Source: Promethearchaeota archaeon (GTDB lineage Archaea; Asgardarchaeota; Hermodarchaeia; Hermodarchaeales; Hermodarchaeaceae). From it: DNA of 64,000 bases. The translations under genes and the position numbers were made by a program. Under the pieces are notes generated by a model. That model was not told the DNA's origin. It worked only from the letters and a program-made list of their open reading frames with translations, and made no database searches. This document shows positions 47,803-57,317 of this stretch, in pieces; within the stretch, counting starts at the first letter, position 1; the number at the start of each line of letters is the position of its first letter. The stretch lies in contig JBHLMG010000001.1 of assembly GCA_048938385.1 (NCBI GenBank), positions 269,044-333,043 of the forward strand. The letters are read 5' to 3'.

Positions 47803-49191
47803 CCATCGACGATGAACATCCTGTCGAACAAGGAGTTGGATTTGCAGCCTAAGAGAATTAGCCGTGACTCCACTGAGCGGGTGTTTATGGCTTGGCGTCA
47901 AACTCGGCTCGGTCTTGATGTTGACTAACCGTGGTTGATTGAATACGATGCTGGTTGGCATCCGATAGAAAATTACGGAATGCCCGGGGCTAGGCGGTGT
48001 CTCTGAAGCGTTCACCCAGACTTGTGGGAACCGGAAATATAGGTCGGTCACATTGCGTTTAGTATTTTCAGATGAGCGCTTTGGTGTGAGTACATCAATT
48101 TCTGCCTTGGGAAAACGCATTGGTTGCTCGTCGATATACGGGGTCCTTCCTGATTGTAGGAAGAATTCGTTGTAAGGCAGTGTCAAGTCTAGAAGGCAAA
48201 ATGACGAATTCGTAAACGCGGTCACATTAAGATCGAATTCAAACCCCCATGTCTGGTTTTCACTCATGGCGACACCGAAGGTTTCGTTATACACGATGTG
48301 GGTTGCGTTATTGATGTTCGGTCCCAGGGTTGTACTTGAACCTCGACGATATGTATCGTGAAGAGTGATATTGGCAAGAAGCGTTGTACCATTAAAGATT
48401 TGTTTGGGGATGACGATGCGCGCTTCACCAAAATTGTATATGTTCGTATCCCGCATCAGTGTGTTGAATGTGATGTTACAGCGAACAATATTCGGGATAT
48501 TATAGGCCAGGGTATCATTTTCGGCGGCGACGATGAAATCGAAGGAAAACATTTGCTCAAGAGAATCTTGGGCTAAATGCGAATCCAAGCTACTGTTTAT
48601 GAGATAGTCAAAAAACAGCGACCAGTACCCCCTCATTTGCGCTCCACCATCAATTGAAATTTCTTTGTCATTGGTGAGGAAGGCTGGATAGACTTGTTCG
48701 ATGCGATATTCGAAGCTATTAGCCTCTACGCTAGGGATGATGTTGTAGGCATTGCCATAATAATCATAGAAAACACCAACATTGGGAAAGGTGAAATTTC
48801 GCTGCGCCTCTTCAAATATCCGTTGTATCGTAACATTCAGTGGCTGGTCTCCCTCGTAAGTTCCTAACCCGTATCGACCCTGCAAATAATCGATGTTGAC
48901 ATGTCCTGTTTCGTTAATGAAGCAATAGAACATGTCCTGCTGCAGTATGTGTACATCGCCTGGCTCTGGCTCCGGAATAATTGGATTTTCTTTGGGTATG
49001 ATAAACCATGCTCCAACGATGATGACGACTAAAACGGCAACGACAAGTCCGTACCTGATCCAATTAGGCATTCGTCGCGCACGATAGCGTTCACGGCGTT
49101 CTCGTTTCCGCTGGAGTTTTTCTGGAAGGCGTTCCAGCCGTTTCTCCTTTTCTCGTTGTTTTCTTCGTTGGCGGCGTGACACTGTGAACAT
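47788..49191 (-). CDS. Type II membrane-anchored surface glycoprotein
   Basis: Very basic N-terminus, single TM, ~15 N-x-S/T sequons in the ectodomain. Confidence 0.8.
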   Translation of the reverse strand: MFTVSRRQRRKQREKEKRLERLPEKLQRKRERRERYRARRMPNWIRYGLVVAVLVVIIVGAWFIIPKENPIIPEPEPGDVHILQQDMFYCFINETGHVNIDYLQGRYGLGTYEGDQPLNVTIQRIFEEAQRNFTFPNVGVFYDYYGNAYNIIPSVEANSFEYRIEQVYPAFLTNDKEISIDGGAQMRGYWSLFFDYLINSSLDSHLAQDSLEQMFSFDFIVAAENDTLAYNIPNIVRCNITFNTLMRDTNIYNFGEARIVIPKQIFNGTTLLANITLHDTYRRGSSTTLGPNINNATHIVYNETFGVAMSENQTWGFEFDLNVTAFTNSSFCLLDLTLPYNEFFLQSGRTPYIDEQPMRFPKAEIDVLTPKRSSENTKRNVTDLYFRFPQVWVNASETPPSPGHSVIFYRMPTSIVFNQPRLVNIKTEPSLTPSHKHPLSGVTANSLRLQIQLLVRQDVHRRWLLLE

Positions 49192-49359
49192 CCTGCCATT
49201 CCAGGCGAGAACGTCGATTATGCTTCCCGTATTTCAACCTTACGGCTTCGGATGGTCCTGTTTAATAAAGCTCATCAATAAATTTAAATGAGCCTTAGTG
49301 AACTGAGGTCGCGCCTTCATAACGCAAGGAACCCCCTTTTTTCGAGGGTAGCGAACACA

Positions 49360-49725
49360 ATGTCAAAGAAAGAAAAAGTCCCTGAAGAAACCTCCCAGGA
49401 ACCGGAGCCTGAAGAGCCTACGGAAATGGAGCCTGTACCGGGGGATTTGGAGGAAGAAGCTGACGAAGCCGAAAAAGCCTCAGTTAAAGAGAAGAAGTCA
49501 AAACGAAAAAGGGCTCCGAAAAAACGAACGAAACTCTCAGTACTTCAAGCGGCTGTACTTGAGACAATTCGTGAACGCCCGCAACGCCCTCGTGCCATTC
49601 AAACGATAATATTCAGTGCAGGTGGCGTGGATATCCCTCGCAATGAAGTTATCCGATCATTGAACGAACTGCGAGAAAAGGGGCTCGTTGAAAAGGTCAC
49701 AGCAAAGGCGTGGCAGGCAACCTAA
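49360..49725 (+). CDS. Acidic/basic low-complexity protein with C-terminal winged helix
   Basis: VLETIRE...EVIRSLNELREKGLVEK...W; track start 49288. Confidence 0.7.
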   Translation: MSKKEKVPEETSQEPEPEEPTEMEPVPGDLEEEADEAEKASVKEKKSKRKRAPKKRTKLSVLQAAVLETIRERPQRPRAIQTIIFSAGGVDIPRNEVIRSLNELREKGLVEKVTAKAWQAT

Positions 49726-49749
49726 TTTTCTACAAACTACCATCGATCG

Positions 49750-51282
49750 CTAGCTTCGTCCTTTCAGTTCGGCAAGCGCTCGTTCAGCAATGCTCATTGC
49801 CTTCCGGTACTTCTTTTCCATTTTTTCTAGTTCCTGTTTCATTTCCTGTATTCGAACTGCTAACTTGTTGTTTTCTTCTTGAAGTGTTTGGAGTTTCTGC
49901 TCTGCTGCCTGTAATTCGGCTCGGAGAGCATGGGTATGTTGAGGCATTTGACCGCTGTTTGCGGCATCTCTAAGCTGCTGGAACCGTTGAACAGCAGCTT
50001 TAATTCGTCCAGCAAAATCTGTTCGTAAACGGATGCGTCGTTTTTCTAATTCATCTTTTGTTTGAGGCTCCGCAAAATCTAATGGATTGAATCCTGTGGC
50101 ACCGTGAGTTGTTTCTCGGGAACGAACATCGAGGATTAGGGGTACCTCTACTGCATCGCCCGCAATGACTGCTTGACCCGTATCGAGGCGTTGAATGTCT
50201 TCCGTCCATTCTTTTGAAATCCCCTCAGTGCTGGTAATTGTAATATCAACATCTCGAACATCAGTAAGTTGGTGAATAATCCAGGTGCCGACTTGACTCC
50301 TGACGATTGTATCCAATAACTGGGGTTTCTGAGTAATGACAACCAGATTTGCTGCGAATTTTCGACCTTCTTGCGCAATTAATCTCATTATTCCTGTGGT
50401 CGCGGCTTTTCCGCGGTTTGGGGCCAGTAAATGCGCTTCATCAACAAAACAATAGAACGGTGGAATCTCTCGATTAACGGCTGCTTGATAAAGACCATTT
50501 AGAATCTCTTGTGAGAGGGTTTCTTGGATGCTTAAGTCTAACCCACGGAAATTCACAATAGTTCCTTGGCCGGAGACAACTAAGTCCTTGGGGTGTGTAC
50601 CTAAGAGGGCTTCGATGGGAAGATCAGCACCTGGGTTCGCGTGCAAATCTGCAAATTCAATTACACTCATCTCGTAACTGTGTGGTTCAACCCCAAAACG
50701 GTCATCACCTTTCTCTGCTGGTATCTTTAGGCTAGAGTATTCTCCATGCCGGTCGAGTATCACAATCGGAATGCCTTTTTTGATGAATTCTTCCATGATG
50801 ACCGCAGTTGTGTAGCTTTTCCCACTTCCTGTCTTACCAACAATGAACAAACGCCCCAACCGTCTCACTGGCAAGCGAACTGGAATCGTTCGATTGGTTA
50901 GGTGGCCTGTGTAAGCCGATTCCTCCTCGGGAATGTTGATACCTAATGCAGTGCTGACGAGTCGAGGGGTCGCTTTGAAGACTGGCATTTCGGGGTTAAA
51001 AGGGGTTCGAGGCATTGGACCAACAACGCTACAATGCCCAATGGTTTTGCTTTTCTCTCGCCAAAGTTCTTTACACACGAGGAGATATTCTTCGCCCTGA
51101 TGGGTGATCGAAAGAAATTCATTTCTACCCACTTCTCCTTGCTTAGTAACACGAATTTGGATTGTGTGCGTTGTGGTCTTCCCAACGATTTCAGCTACCG
51201 GTGCCACAGGTTTCGGTTCCTCAGCTGGTTTTCCAGCGTTATCAGGTTCTAACGGTGGATCGTTCGGTGGGTTAGACGACAT
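49750..51282 (-). CDS. HerA/FtsK-family ATPase (HAS barrel) with C-terminal coiled coil
   Basis: GKTGSGKS, DRHGEY, VDEAH, EGRK, ITQKP; likely start MSSNPP at 51282. Confidence 0.88.
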   Translation of the reverse strand: MSSNPPNDPPLEPDNAGKPAEEPKPVAPVAEIVGKTTTHTIQIRVTKQGEVGRNEFLSITHQGEEYLLVCKELWREKSKTIGHCSVVGPMPRTPFNPEMPVFKATPRLVSTALGINIPEEESAYTGHLTNRTIPVRLPVRRLGRLFIVGKTGSGKSYTTAVIMEEFIKKGIPIVILDRHGEYSSLKIPAEKGDDRFGVEPHSYEMSVIEFADLHANPGADLPIEALLGTHPKDLVVSGQGTIVNFRGLDLSIQETLSQEILNGLYQAAVNREIPPFYCFVDEAHLLAPNRGKAATTGIMRLIAQEGRKFAANLVVITQKPQLLDTIVRSQVGTWIIHQLTDVRDVDITITSTEGISKEWTEDIQRLDTGQAVIAGDAVEVPLILDVRSRETTHGATGFNPLDFAEPQTKDELEKRRIRLRTDFAGRIKAAVQRFQQLRDAANSGQMPQHTHALRAELQAAEQKLQTLQEENNKLAVRIQEMKQELEKMEKKYRKAMSIAERALAELKGRS

Positions 51283-51487
51283 TCTGAATACCTCGTGTGT
51301 GTAAAGCCTTTGAAAGCACGCCCTTATAGACTCTGCGCGCTGCGCCGCCTTTTCGGTTCGCCGACAATTTTTTCTCACCGAGCCCAGTCCTTGCTGTCTT
51401 AGCTGAATGAAGACGCCTGGTCGCCAAACCAAGGCATCAGAACACTTTTTTCCTCATCTTCCACAATCTGTAAGAGGGTTTTTTACC

Positions 51488-52123
51488 TTGTCAACAGAGA
51501 TTCCAATCGGGGAACTATCTCCCAGTCTAGCTTTCGGAGCCGCATATTTCTGTATTTCTTCCATTGGCACCCGGCTACTAAACATTGCGGAGACCTATAC
51601 GGAAGAAGGGTTCTTTGGCACTGCCACAGTTTCCTTTCGCATGCCGAATGCGAAAGGTCGCTTAGAACTCACACTCCTCGTCGACTCACAAACACCCATC
51701 ATCTCACTTGAACTAAGTGGCGGTGAGCCAGACAAACTTCCCGATTATGTCACAGAAATTACTAAACGAATCAAAGAGACCATGGCACGGTTCAGCGCCG
51801 TTCCAGGCGTCAAACTGTCGCATGCCTCCAAAGCGGTCGTTGTTGAACGCAAACTCGATGAAGCGCTGAACCAACTTCTCACTGACCCTGATTATCGGAA
51901 GGTCTATGTTCAAGTTGCCGATGCCCGGGAACGCCTCATCCGTATTGGTGGAGACTTTCAACCTGCTACCTTAGAAATGAGCGCTGTCCTCACACCACTT
52001 GCCAATAAAACAGGACCAATCCCTAAGGAGGAACATGAGGAACTCGCCCTGAGCCTACTCCGTTGGAAGAAGGAGATCAAAAAAATCGTCAACCAGTTAA
52101 CTGCTGAAACTGACGAAGACTAA
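51488..52123 (+). CDS. Hypothetical protein
   Basis: Long ORF divergent from HerA; start uncertain (track 51407). Confidence 0.7.
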   Translation: MSTEIPIGELSPSLAFGAAYFCISSIGTRLLNIAETYTEEGFFGTATVSFRMPNAKGRLELTLLVDSQTPIISLELSGGEPDKLPDYVTEITKRIKETMARFSAVPGVKLSHASKAVVVERKLDEALNQLLTDPDYRKVYVQVADARERLIRIGGDFQPATLEMSAVLTPLANKTGPIPKEEHEELALSLLRWKKEIKKIVNQLTAETDED

Positions 52124-52350
52124 CGCTCTCCCCCAAAGCGCCACTTGTCTACTTTTTTATCCTGTTTTGTCTGCTTTTTGTACACTTTATAGTGTTTCTG
52201 GCACAAGTACACTCGACGAGCGCGCTCGTCCTTGAATGTTGCGCCTACGGCTTGTAACGCTTCTCGTCCCTTGTTGGCTGAAAACGAACGAATCGCCTTT
52301 TCACTACATCCTTCAACGCTACATTCAATGCCCAGCTTCACTTTACCCAT
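52120..52350 (-). CDS. Small conserved archaeal Zn-finger protein
   Basis: CSVEGC...YLCQKHYK; GAGGTG SD. Confidence 0.8.
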   Translation of the reverse strand: MGKVKLGIECSVEGCSEKAIRSFSANKGREALQAVGATFKDERARRVYLCQKHYKVYKKQTKQDKKVDKWRFGGER

Positions 52351-52374
52351 TCAATCACACCTCTAACCCATATC

Positions 52375-53454
52375 TTAACCATATTCAACCTTAACAGCAT
52401 CATGTGAGCATTTACTAACACAGTCGAGACACATGATACAATCAGGGCTGTAAATTCTTCCGTAGGGGTGTTCAATGACATCGATGCCAACGGGGCAGGC
52501 TTTTTTGCAAGTTTGACTATCACAGCGAGGGCCAGCACAGTCTGTGGCGGTACGGGAGACTGTGAGGAAGCTGAATTGACTGACAAGGCCAAGAGCTGCC
52601 CCAACAGGGCAGAACCAGCGACAGTAGGGACGCCGGATGAAGAGGGCGATGAAGATAATGATGCCCAGGAAGATGAGGCGGATCCACATCATGGATGACC
52701 AAGTGAGTGGAGGGGGGAGGCCACCTCGGTTTATCCATAAGTAGGGGATGATCACGAAGAATGTGCCGGAAGGGCTTAAGACGGACCAGAAGGCGACTGA
52801 ATAGGAGCCAAGGGCGTCTACGAGAGGTTGTTGGATCCCAAGAAAGGTCCATAGTCCCACCCAAGTGGCAACGAAAACTGTTACGATGAGGATGATGTAC
52901 TTGATGTTCTTGAGTTGTTTGTCAGTACCCTTCGATGGATAGCGTGTTCGAATGGGGGTGATGGAGCAGAGATCTTGTACGAAACCAAAGGGGCAAATCC
53001 ATCCACAGAAGCTTCGTCCAACGAGAATGGGGACAACAAGTAAGACGCCGAGGGCGATGTATGGGAACATTCCGGCTTGGCCGATGAGCTGGATGATGTC
53101 AAAAAACCCCGTGCCTGTTCCTTGAGCCGCACCATGGGGCATATCGAAGGGTAGGGGGATGAAACCAAAGAGGGGGATGAGGTATCCAATCCCTGCTAAA
53201 ATCGAGTTCGCGAGGGGATCGTACCCAAGGACAAAGGTGATGCCTGCATAGAAAAGGAGTAAAAACGCGATTAACTGGACGATAAATCGAAGGACGCGAG
53301 CGGCTAGAAGTTCATCGAAGGCTTTTTTCACCCAGTAATGCAAGGTCTTGTGAGGGCGCGTTCGTTCCAATAATGAGTGCTTCCACCGGGAAAATGGGAG
53401 CCGATCCCGAACTCGTCGCTTCTCTTCAGATGGCTGGGTTTCGTTGTTACTCAT
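52375..53454 (-). CDS. Membrane 4Fe-4S binding protein (NapH/MauN/RdxA-like)
   Basis: GRSFCGWICPFG, YCRWFCPVG, CKKACP, CIMCLDCVSKC; GGGGAGGA SD before ATG 53454. Confidence 0.88.
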   Translation of the reverse strand: MSNNETQPSEEKRRVRDRLPFSRWKHSLLERTRPHKTLHYWVKKAFDELLAARVLRFIVQLIAFLLLFYAGITFVLGYDPLANSILAGIGYLIPLFGFIPLPFDMPHGAAQGTGTGFFDIIQLIGQAGMFPYIALGVLLVVPILVGRSFCGWICPFGFVQDLCSITPIRTRYPSKGTDKQLKNIKYIILIVTVFVATWVGLWTFLGIQQPLVDALGSYSVAFWSVLSPSGTFFVIIPYLWINRGGLPPPLTWSSMMWIRLIFLGIIIFIALFIRRPYCRWFCPVGAALGLVSQFSFLTVSRTATDCAGPRCDSQTCKKACPVGIDVIEHPYGRIYSPDCIMCLDCVSKCSHDAVKVEYG

Positions 53455-53468
53455 GGTAAGTCCTCCCC

Positions 53469-53621
53469 TTAGGGTAGTGGCCATGGGAAGTAGGGCGCGT
53501 AAGCGTCAGAGAAGACTTGGACCCAGGAGCGGACCAGGTCGTGTTGGCCAATAGCTAGACCAAAAGCGAGAGCTGAAATACCCACGCATAAGAGTGCGAT
53601 AGCAATGACTCGTCGGTTCAT
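53469..53621 (-). CDS. 50-aa single-TM protein upstream of the 4Fe-4S membrane protein
   Basis: Manual translation MNRRVIAIALLCVGISALAFGLAIGQHDLVRSWVQVFSDAYAPYFPWPLP; GGAGGA upstream; stop abuts next SD; below the ORF-track cutoff. Confidence 0.65.
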   Translation of the reverse strand: MNRRVIAIALLCVGISALAFGLAIGQHDLVRSWVQVFSDAYAPYFPWPLP

Positions 53622-53718
53622 GTGCACGGTTCCTCCGGTGAGAGGTTCAGAACTACCCTAGCGTTTAAAATGTTTTGTGTTAGAACGACCTTTCCCTTTG
53701 CGTGTGATGTTAACGGTT

Positions 53719-54474
53719 TTAGAAGTCACGCAGGACCTTTTCGAAAATTTCGACTTGGTGGCCAAGAGTTTTAGCGCGTTTTTCTGTTTTTGTTTTGCTG
53801 GACTTGTAATCAATCTCTTTGACTTCGCCAACAGAAAGACGCGCATCTAACATTGATAATTCATCGCGTGCCGCTTTGTATTGCGCCTTTAATAGCGCCA
53901 ACCATTCACGGGCAATCACTACATGTTCCTGATACTGGGCATCGGCTTCTGCTTGATTCCGTGAATATTCTTCATGAAGACGTAGATAGATACTTTCCCG
54001 AACCTCTCCACTTCCTTTTAATTCTTCTAGCTTCTCTAATTTATCTTTCCACTGGTGTCGTTCCTTTCCGAGTTTTTCAAACTCAAATTCCTTTACCTTC
54101 GCCTTTAACTTCTTCTCTCGGCTTTTCAATTCCTTAATACGCTTTTTTAGAGGTGCCATTTCTTTCTCAATTTCTGCAATTGATCGGTCCCCTTTTTCCA
54201 GTTCCTCCTCAAGTTTTTCAATATCTTTCTGGAGTTCGTCCTCTTCTTCCTCAAGGCCCATTAGTTCAGATCGAGCTTCTAATTGGGCTAACATGTCTGC
54301 GGGAACCTCAGTTACTGGTTTCCGATCAGGTACAACCGTTGGCGCAACTCTGCTTGAGGTAACCGGGCGTGACACCGGGACGGATACTGGTGCACCGAGT
54401 TTTGAACCACAAAACTTGCAGAACTTTGCACTATCCTTCACCGTCTGCCCGCAGTTCGGACACATTCGTGGCAT
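53719..54474 (-). CDS. Zn-ribbon + CdvA-like coiled-coil protein
   Basis: CPNCG..CKFCG; two hairpin motifs LEELKGSGEVRESIY and LDARLSVGEVKEIDY; GGTGA SD before ATG 54474. Confidence 0.75.
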   Translation of the reverse strand: MPRMCPNCGQTVKDSAKFCKFCGSKLGAPVSVPVSRPVTSSRVAPTVVPDRKPVTEVPADMLAQLEARSELMGLEEEEDELQKDIEKLEEELEKGDRSIAEIEKEMAPLKKRIKELKSREKKLKAKVKEFEFEKLGKERHQWKDKLEKLEELKGSGEVRESIYLRLHEEYSRNQAEADAQYQEHVVIAREWLALLKAQYKAARDELSMLDARLSVGEVKEIDYKSSKTKTEKRAKTLGHQVEIFEKVLRDF

Positions 54475-54629
54475 ATGTTCACCTGCTCCACATCTTGTAA
54501 TTTCACGCCTAAAATCCTTCGGGGTCATCGCTAAGATGCGTTGTCCAACCTAACTAATTCGGCAAATCTCCGTAAAGTATATTCCCCTGAAATTATCACC
54601 ATTACATGAACATGTGAGGGACAGGTTCC

Positions 54630-55523
54630 ATGCAAGTCTTCGACCTCTTCAGTTTCTTCGTCACCTATTGGTGGATATTCGTTATTCTCATTCTTATTGT
54701 CATTCTGCTTCTCATTGTTCCTTTTATCCGCGTTCTAAAAGAGTACGAGCGTGCCATTATCTTCCGCCTGGGACACGCACTCCCTGGCACTAAAGGTCCC
54801 GGTGTCATTTTCCTCATACCCCTCCTGGATAAAATGGTGAAAATTGACCTCCGCGAACAATTCTTCGAAATCGAACACCAACGCTGTATCACTACCGACA
54901 ACGCCCCGGTCGACATCGACCTTCTCATCTACCATCGCGTCGTCAACGCACGAGACAGCGTCTTGCGCATCCGAGATTTCAGTGGCGCTGCTCTCGGTAT
55001 CAGTCAAACCACTCTCCGGGCTGTTGTGGGAGACATCACTCTAGATGATGTCCTCGCCAAACGCGAGTACATCAACAGCGTTCTCCGAGAGAAACTCGAC
55101 GAGAACACCGAGCCCTGGGGTGTCAAGGTAACTAAGGTTGAGATTCGTGAAATTCTTCCCCCGGCGAAGGTAAATGAGGCGATGATCATGCAGATGGAAG
55201 CTGAACGGCGCCGTCGTGCTATGGTCACAGAGGCTGCAGGTAAGCGTGAAGCGACGATTACTGTGGCGGAAGGTGACAAGCAATCGGCGATTCTTCGGGC
55301 GGAGGGTGAACGCGAGTCCTCCATTCTTCGGGCGGAAGGTGAAGCCTTAGCATTACAGAAGGTCTTCGCCGTGGCTAAAGGCGTTGATGAAAAGACCATG
55401 ACGCTTCAGTACCTTGAAACCCTTCGCTCCATTGGTGCGAGTGAAAGTACGAAGTATGTTATTCCTTTGGAATTCACGCAGCTAATGACTCCGATTCAGA
55501 AATTCTTGAAAGGTGTCAAATAG
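54630..55523 (+). CDS. SPFH/Band 7 (stomatin/QmcA-like) protein
   Basis: YERAIIFRLG, GPG..FLIP, QTTLR.VVG, WGVKVTKVEI, AEG repeats. Confidence 0.95.
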   Translation: MQVFDLFSFFVTYWWIFVILILIVILLLIVPFIRVLKEYERAIIFRLGHALPGTKGPGVIFLIPLLDKMVKIDLREQFFEIEHQRCITTDNAPVDIDLLIYHRVVNARDSVLRIRDFSGAALGISQTTLRAVVGDITLDDVLAKREYINSVLREKLDENTEPWGVKVTKVEIREILPPAKVNEAMIMQMEAERRRRAMVTEAAGKREATITVAEGDKQSAILRAEGERESSILRAEGEALALQKVFAVAKGVDEKTMTLQYLETLRSIGASESTKYVIPLEFTQLMTPIQKFLKGVK

Positions 55524-55547
55524 TTCAATTGACTAGTTATTGCTTAA

Positions 55548-55583
55548 CCGGGTAGGTTCGCTTACCCGGCCCCCTTCTTTTTT
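55548..55583 (+). terminator. Hairpin (CCGGGTAGG-TTCG-CTTACCCGG) plus T-tract terminator
   Basis: 9-bp stem with UUCG loop followed by a pyrimidine/T tract, between convergent genes. Confidence 0.7.
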
Positions 55584-55591
55584 CATCTTGG

Positions 55592-55903
55592 CTATTTAGC
55601 TGCAGCTTGGACTTTTTCTTTCACTTTTTCGCGACTGTCGTTATCAAGGACAGTGGTATAGGCGTCATAGCCTGGGAGACCGGTAGTGATTTCTTCAATA
55701 AGTAGCATGAGCGCTTTTTCGGAGTCGAGGTCTCGGACTTCTAAGCTAGCATCATCAAATATGAAGCTGGCTTCCTTCCATTTCCCTTCTCCAACCTGAT
55801 ACATCAAATACAGGTAATCATCCGTCAAGAGGATGGCCGACTTAACTTTCCAGGCCTCTTCAAGTAATTCTAAAGTTTTGGTAGCATTCTCCTCTTTGCT
55901 CAT
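55592..55903 (-). CDS. Hypothetical protein
   Basis: 103-aa acidic ORF with no competing frame. Confidence 0.7.
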   Translation of the reverse strand: MSKEENATKTLELLEEAWKVKSAILLTDDYLYLMYQVGEGKWKEASFIFDDASLEVRDLDSEKALMLLIEEITTGLPGYDAYTTVLDNDSREKVKEKVQAAAK

Positions 55904-55978
55904 GGGGGTTCACTTCAGTGTAAGTGTTCTTTACATTGTCTCATAAAAACCCGGTGGTCAAAAAATGGTGTATTTATC

Positions 55979-56539
55979 TTAAGGCTTTATCCATGAAAAG
56001 ATGAAGTAGCGAACCTTGCCAGTTTCGCTAGCAGTTGCTAGGACAAAGCGTTTTCGTACAGAAGTAGCTAAGCGTCCTGCGCGTACAACTTCAATAGCTG
56101 ATACTTCGTCGGATTTAGCTATGACTTCGACAATGAACAGGGAGTGATCAATGCCCGGACCTTGTCGGTATACGGCAAAATCAGCGCCAAACTTCAAGCC
56201 CGGACGGACAACAAATCCGCGACGCCGTAAATCTTCATAGACATGGTATTTTCGACTGAACTCTTTGTGCTGTTGTTCTGCGATGGTGACGAGTTTTTGT
56301 TCAGTTAGGGGGGTACTCGCATCAGTAGTGTAGACGGCAATGATACCCTTTCGCAGGAGGTGTAATGCCTCAAAAAATGAGAGCTGGGAGGGGCGATCGA
56401 ACTCGGCGGTTTTAGGTTTACGAATTCCTAACGGTTTTCCATAAAATCCCTTGCCGTAAAGCTTCGAACCGTCAGCTGGGTTCCAAACTACGACTTTGTT
56501 CTCTACAATTTGTGTGGGTATGGGTTGAGAGGTAGGCAT
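55979..56539 (-). CDS. endA: tRNA splicing endonuclease, catalytic subunit
   Basis: VYEDLRRRG..V.PGLKFGADFAVY..GP...HS, RLATSVRK (Y/H/K triad). Confidence 0.95.
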   Translation of the reverse strand: MPTSQPIPTQIVENKVVVWNPADGSKLYGKGFYGKPLGIRKPKTAEFDRPSQLSFFEALHLLRKGIIAVYTTDASTPLTEQKLVTIAEQQHKEFSRKYHVYEDLRRRGFVVRPGLKFGADFAVYRQGPGIDHSLFIVEVIAKSDEVSAIEVVRAGRLATSVRKRFVLATASETGKVRYFIFSWIKP

Positions 56540-56600
56540 GACAGCTCACAGGAATTCTGGGTATGGGTATTCTGCAGTTGGGGGTTTAAAAAAAATCCTA

Positions 56601-57251
56601 TCAGACGCGGGCGATGGCGATGATCCGTACGGCGTCCGCTGCATCCTCTGCCGCATCGGCGATCTCTTCGAGGTGTTGCCCCAGGTCCTTTAACCGGAGT
56701 AAGACGCTGATATCAAGATTGGATTTGTAGAGAAACTGGGTAAACTTGCGGTGAGCCGCATCGGCGTCGCGTTCGGCGGAATCTACTTCCATAGCGAGTT
56801 CAACGGCTTTGTCTGAGTTCTGTTCGAGAAATAGTATTGCTTGTCGCATTTTGTAGACGGCGTCGTAAAGGGCTGAAAGCATATTGTTAAAGTGTTCCCG
56901 GGTCTTGGCGTCGGGTTGGTATTCTTCTAAGCCCGATAAATCCCAAGCTGAAGCTTCACAGAGATCAGCAATGTCATCGGTACGCATTATTAATCGGAAA
57001 TAATCGCTTCGACGGAGCATAGTTTCGGTTACGGAGAGTTCATCTAAAATTGTGCGTTTGATGTTGTCAGCTTGTCGTTCAAGATGAGCGAGTTTATTAA
57101 AATGGTCTCGGTGGCGATTTTTTCTTCCTTCCATCCAGTCTACGATCATAACTTGGAGGGCCTTCGCTGCTTGCAAGACAATACCCGCATGGTCTTGGGC
57201 GATGGCTATTGCCTTGTTCTCTGCCCGGTTTCCTGTAATGTCTAATGTCAC
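56601..57251 (-). CDS. DUF47/PhoU-like phosphate transport regulator
   Basis: LERQADNIKR, DDIAD, ERDAD, EEIAD..ED..D. Confidence 0.9.
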   Translation of the reverse strand: MTLDITGNRAENKAIAIAQDHAGIVLQAAKALQVMIVDWMEGRKNRHRDHFNKLAHLERQADNIKRTILDELSVTETMLRRSDYFRLIMRTDDIADLCEASAWDLSGLEEYQPDAKTREHFNNMLSALYDAVYKMRQAILFLEQNSDKAVELAMEVDSAERDADAAHRKFTQFLYKSNLDISVLLRLKDLGQHLEEIADAAEDAADAVRIIAIARV

Positions 57252-57317
57252 TTTAATTCAGCCTCTCGGCGGTGGTGGGTCAGCTACACATCTATTAAAG
57301 CCTATCGTATCTGCTTC

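Noticed and set aside
55290-55343. 21-bp near-perfect direct repeat
   Set aside because: Encodes the ILRAEGE repeats typical of QmcA/stomatin coiled coils
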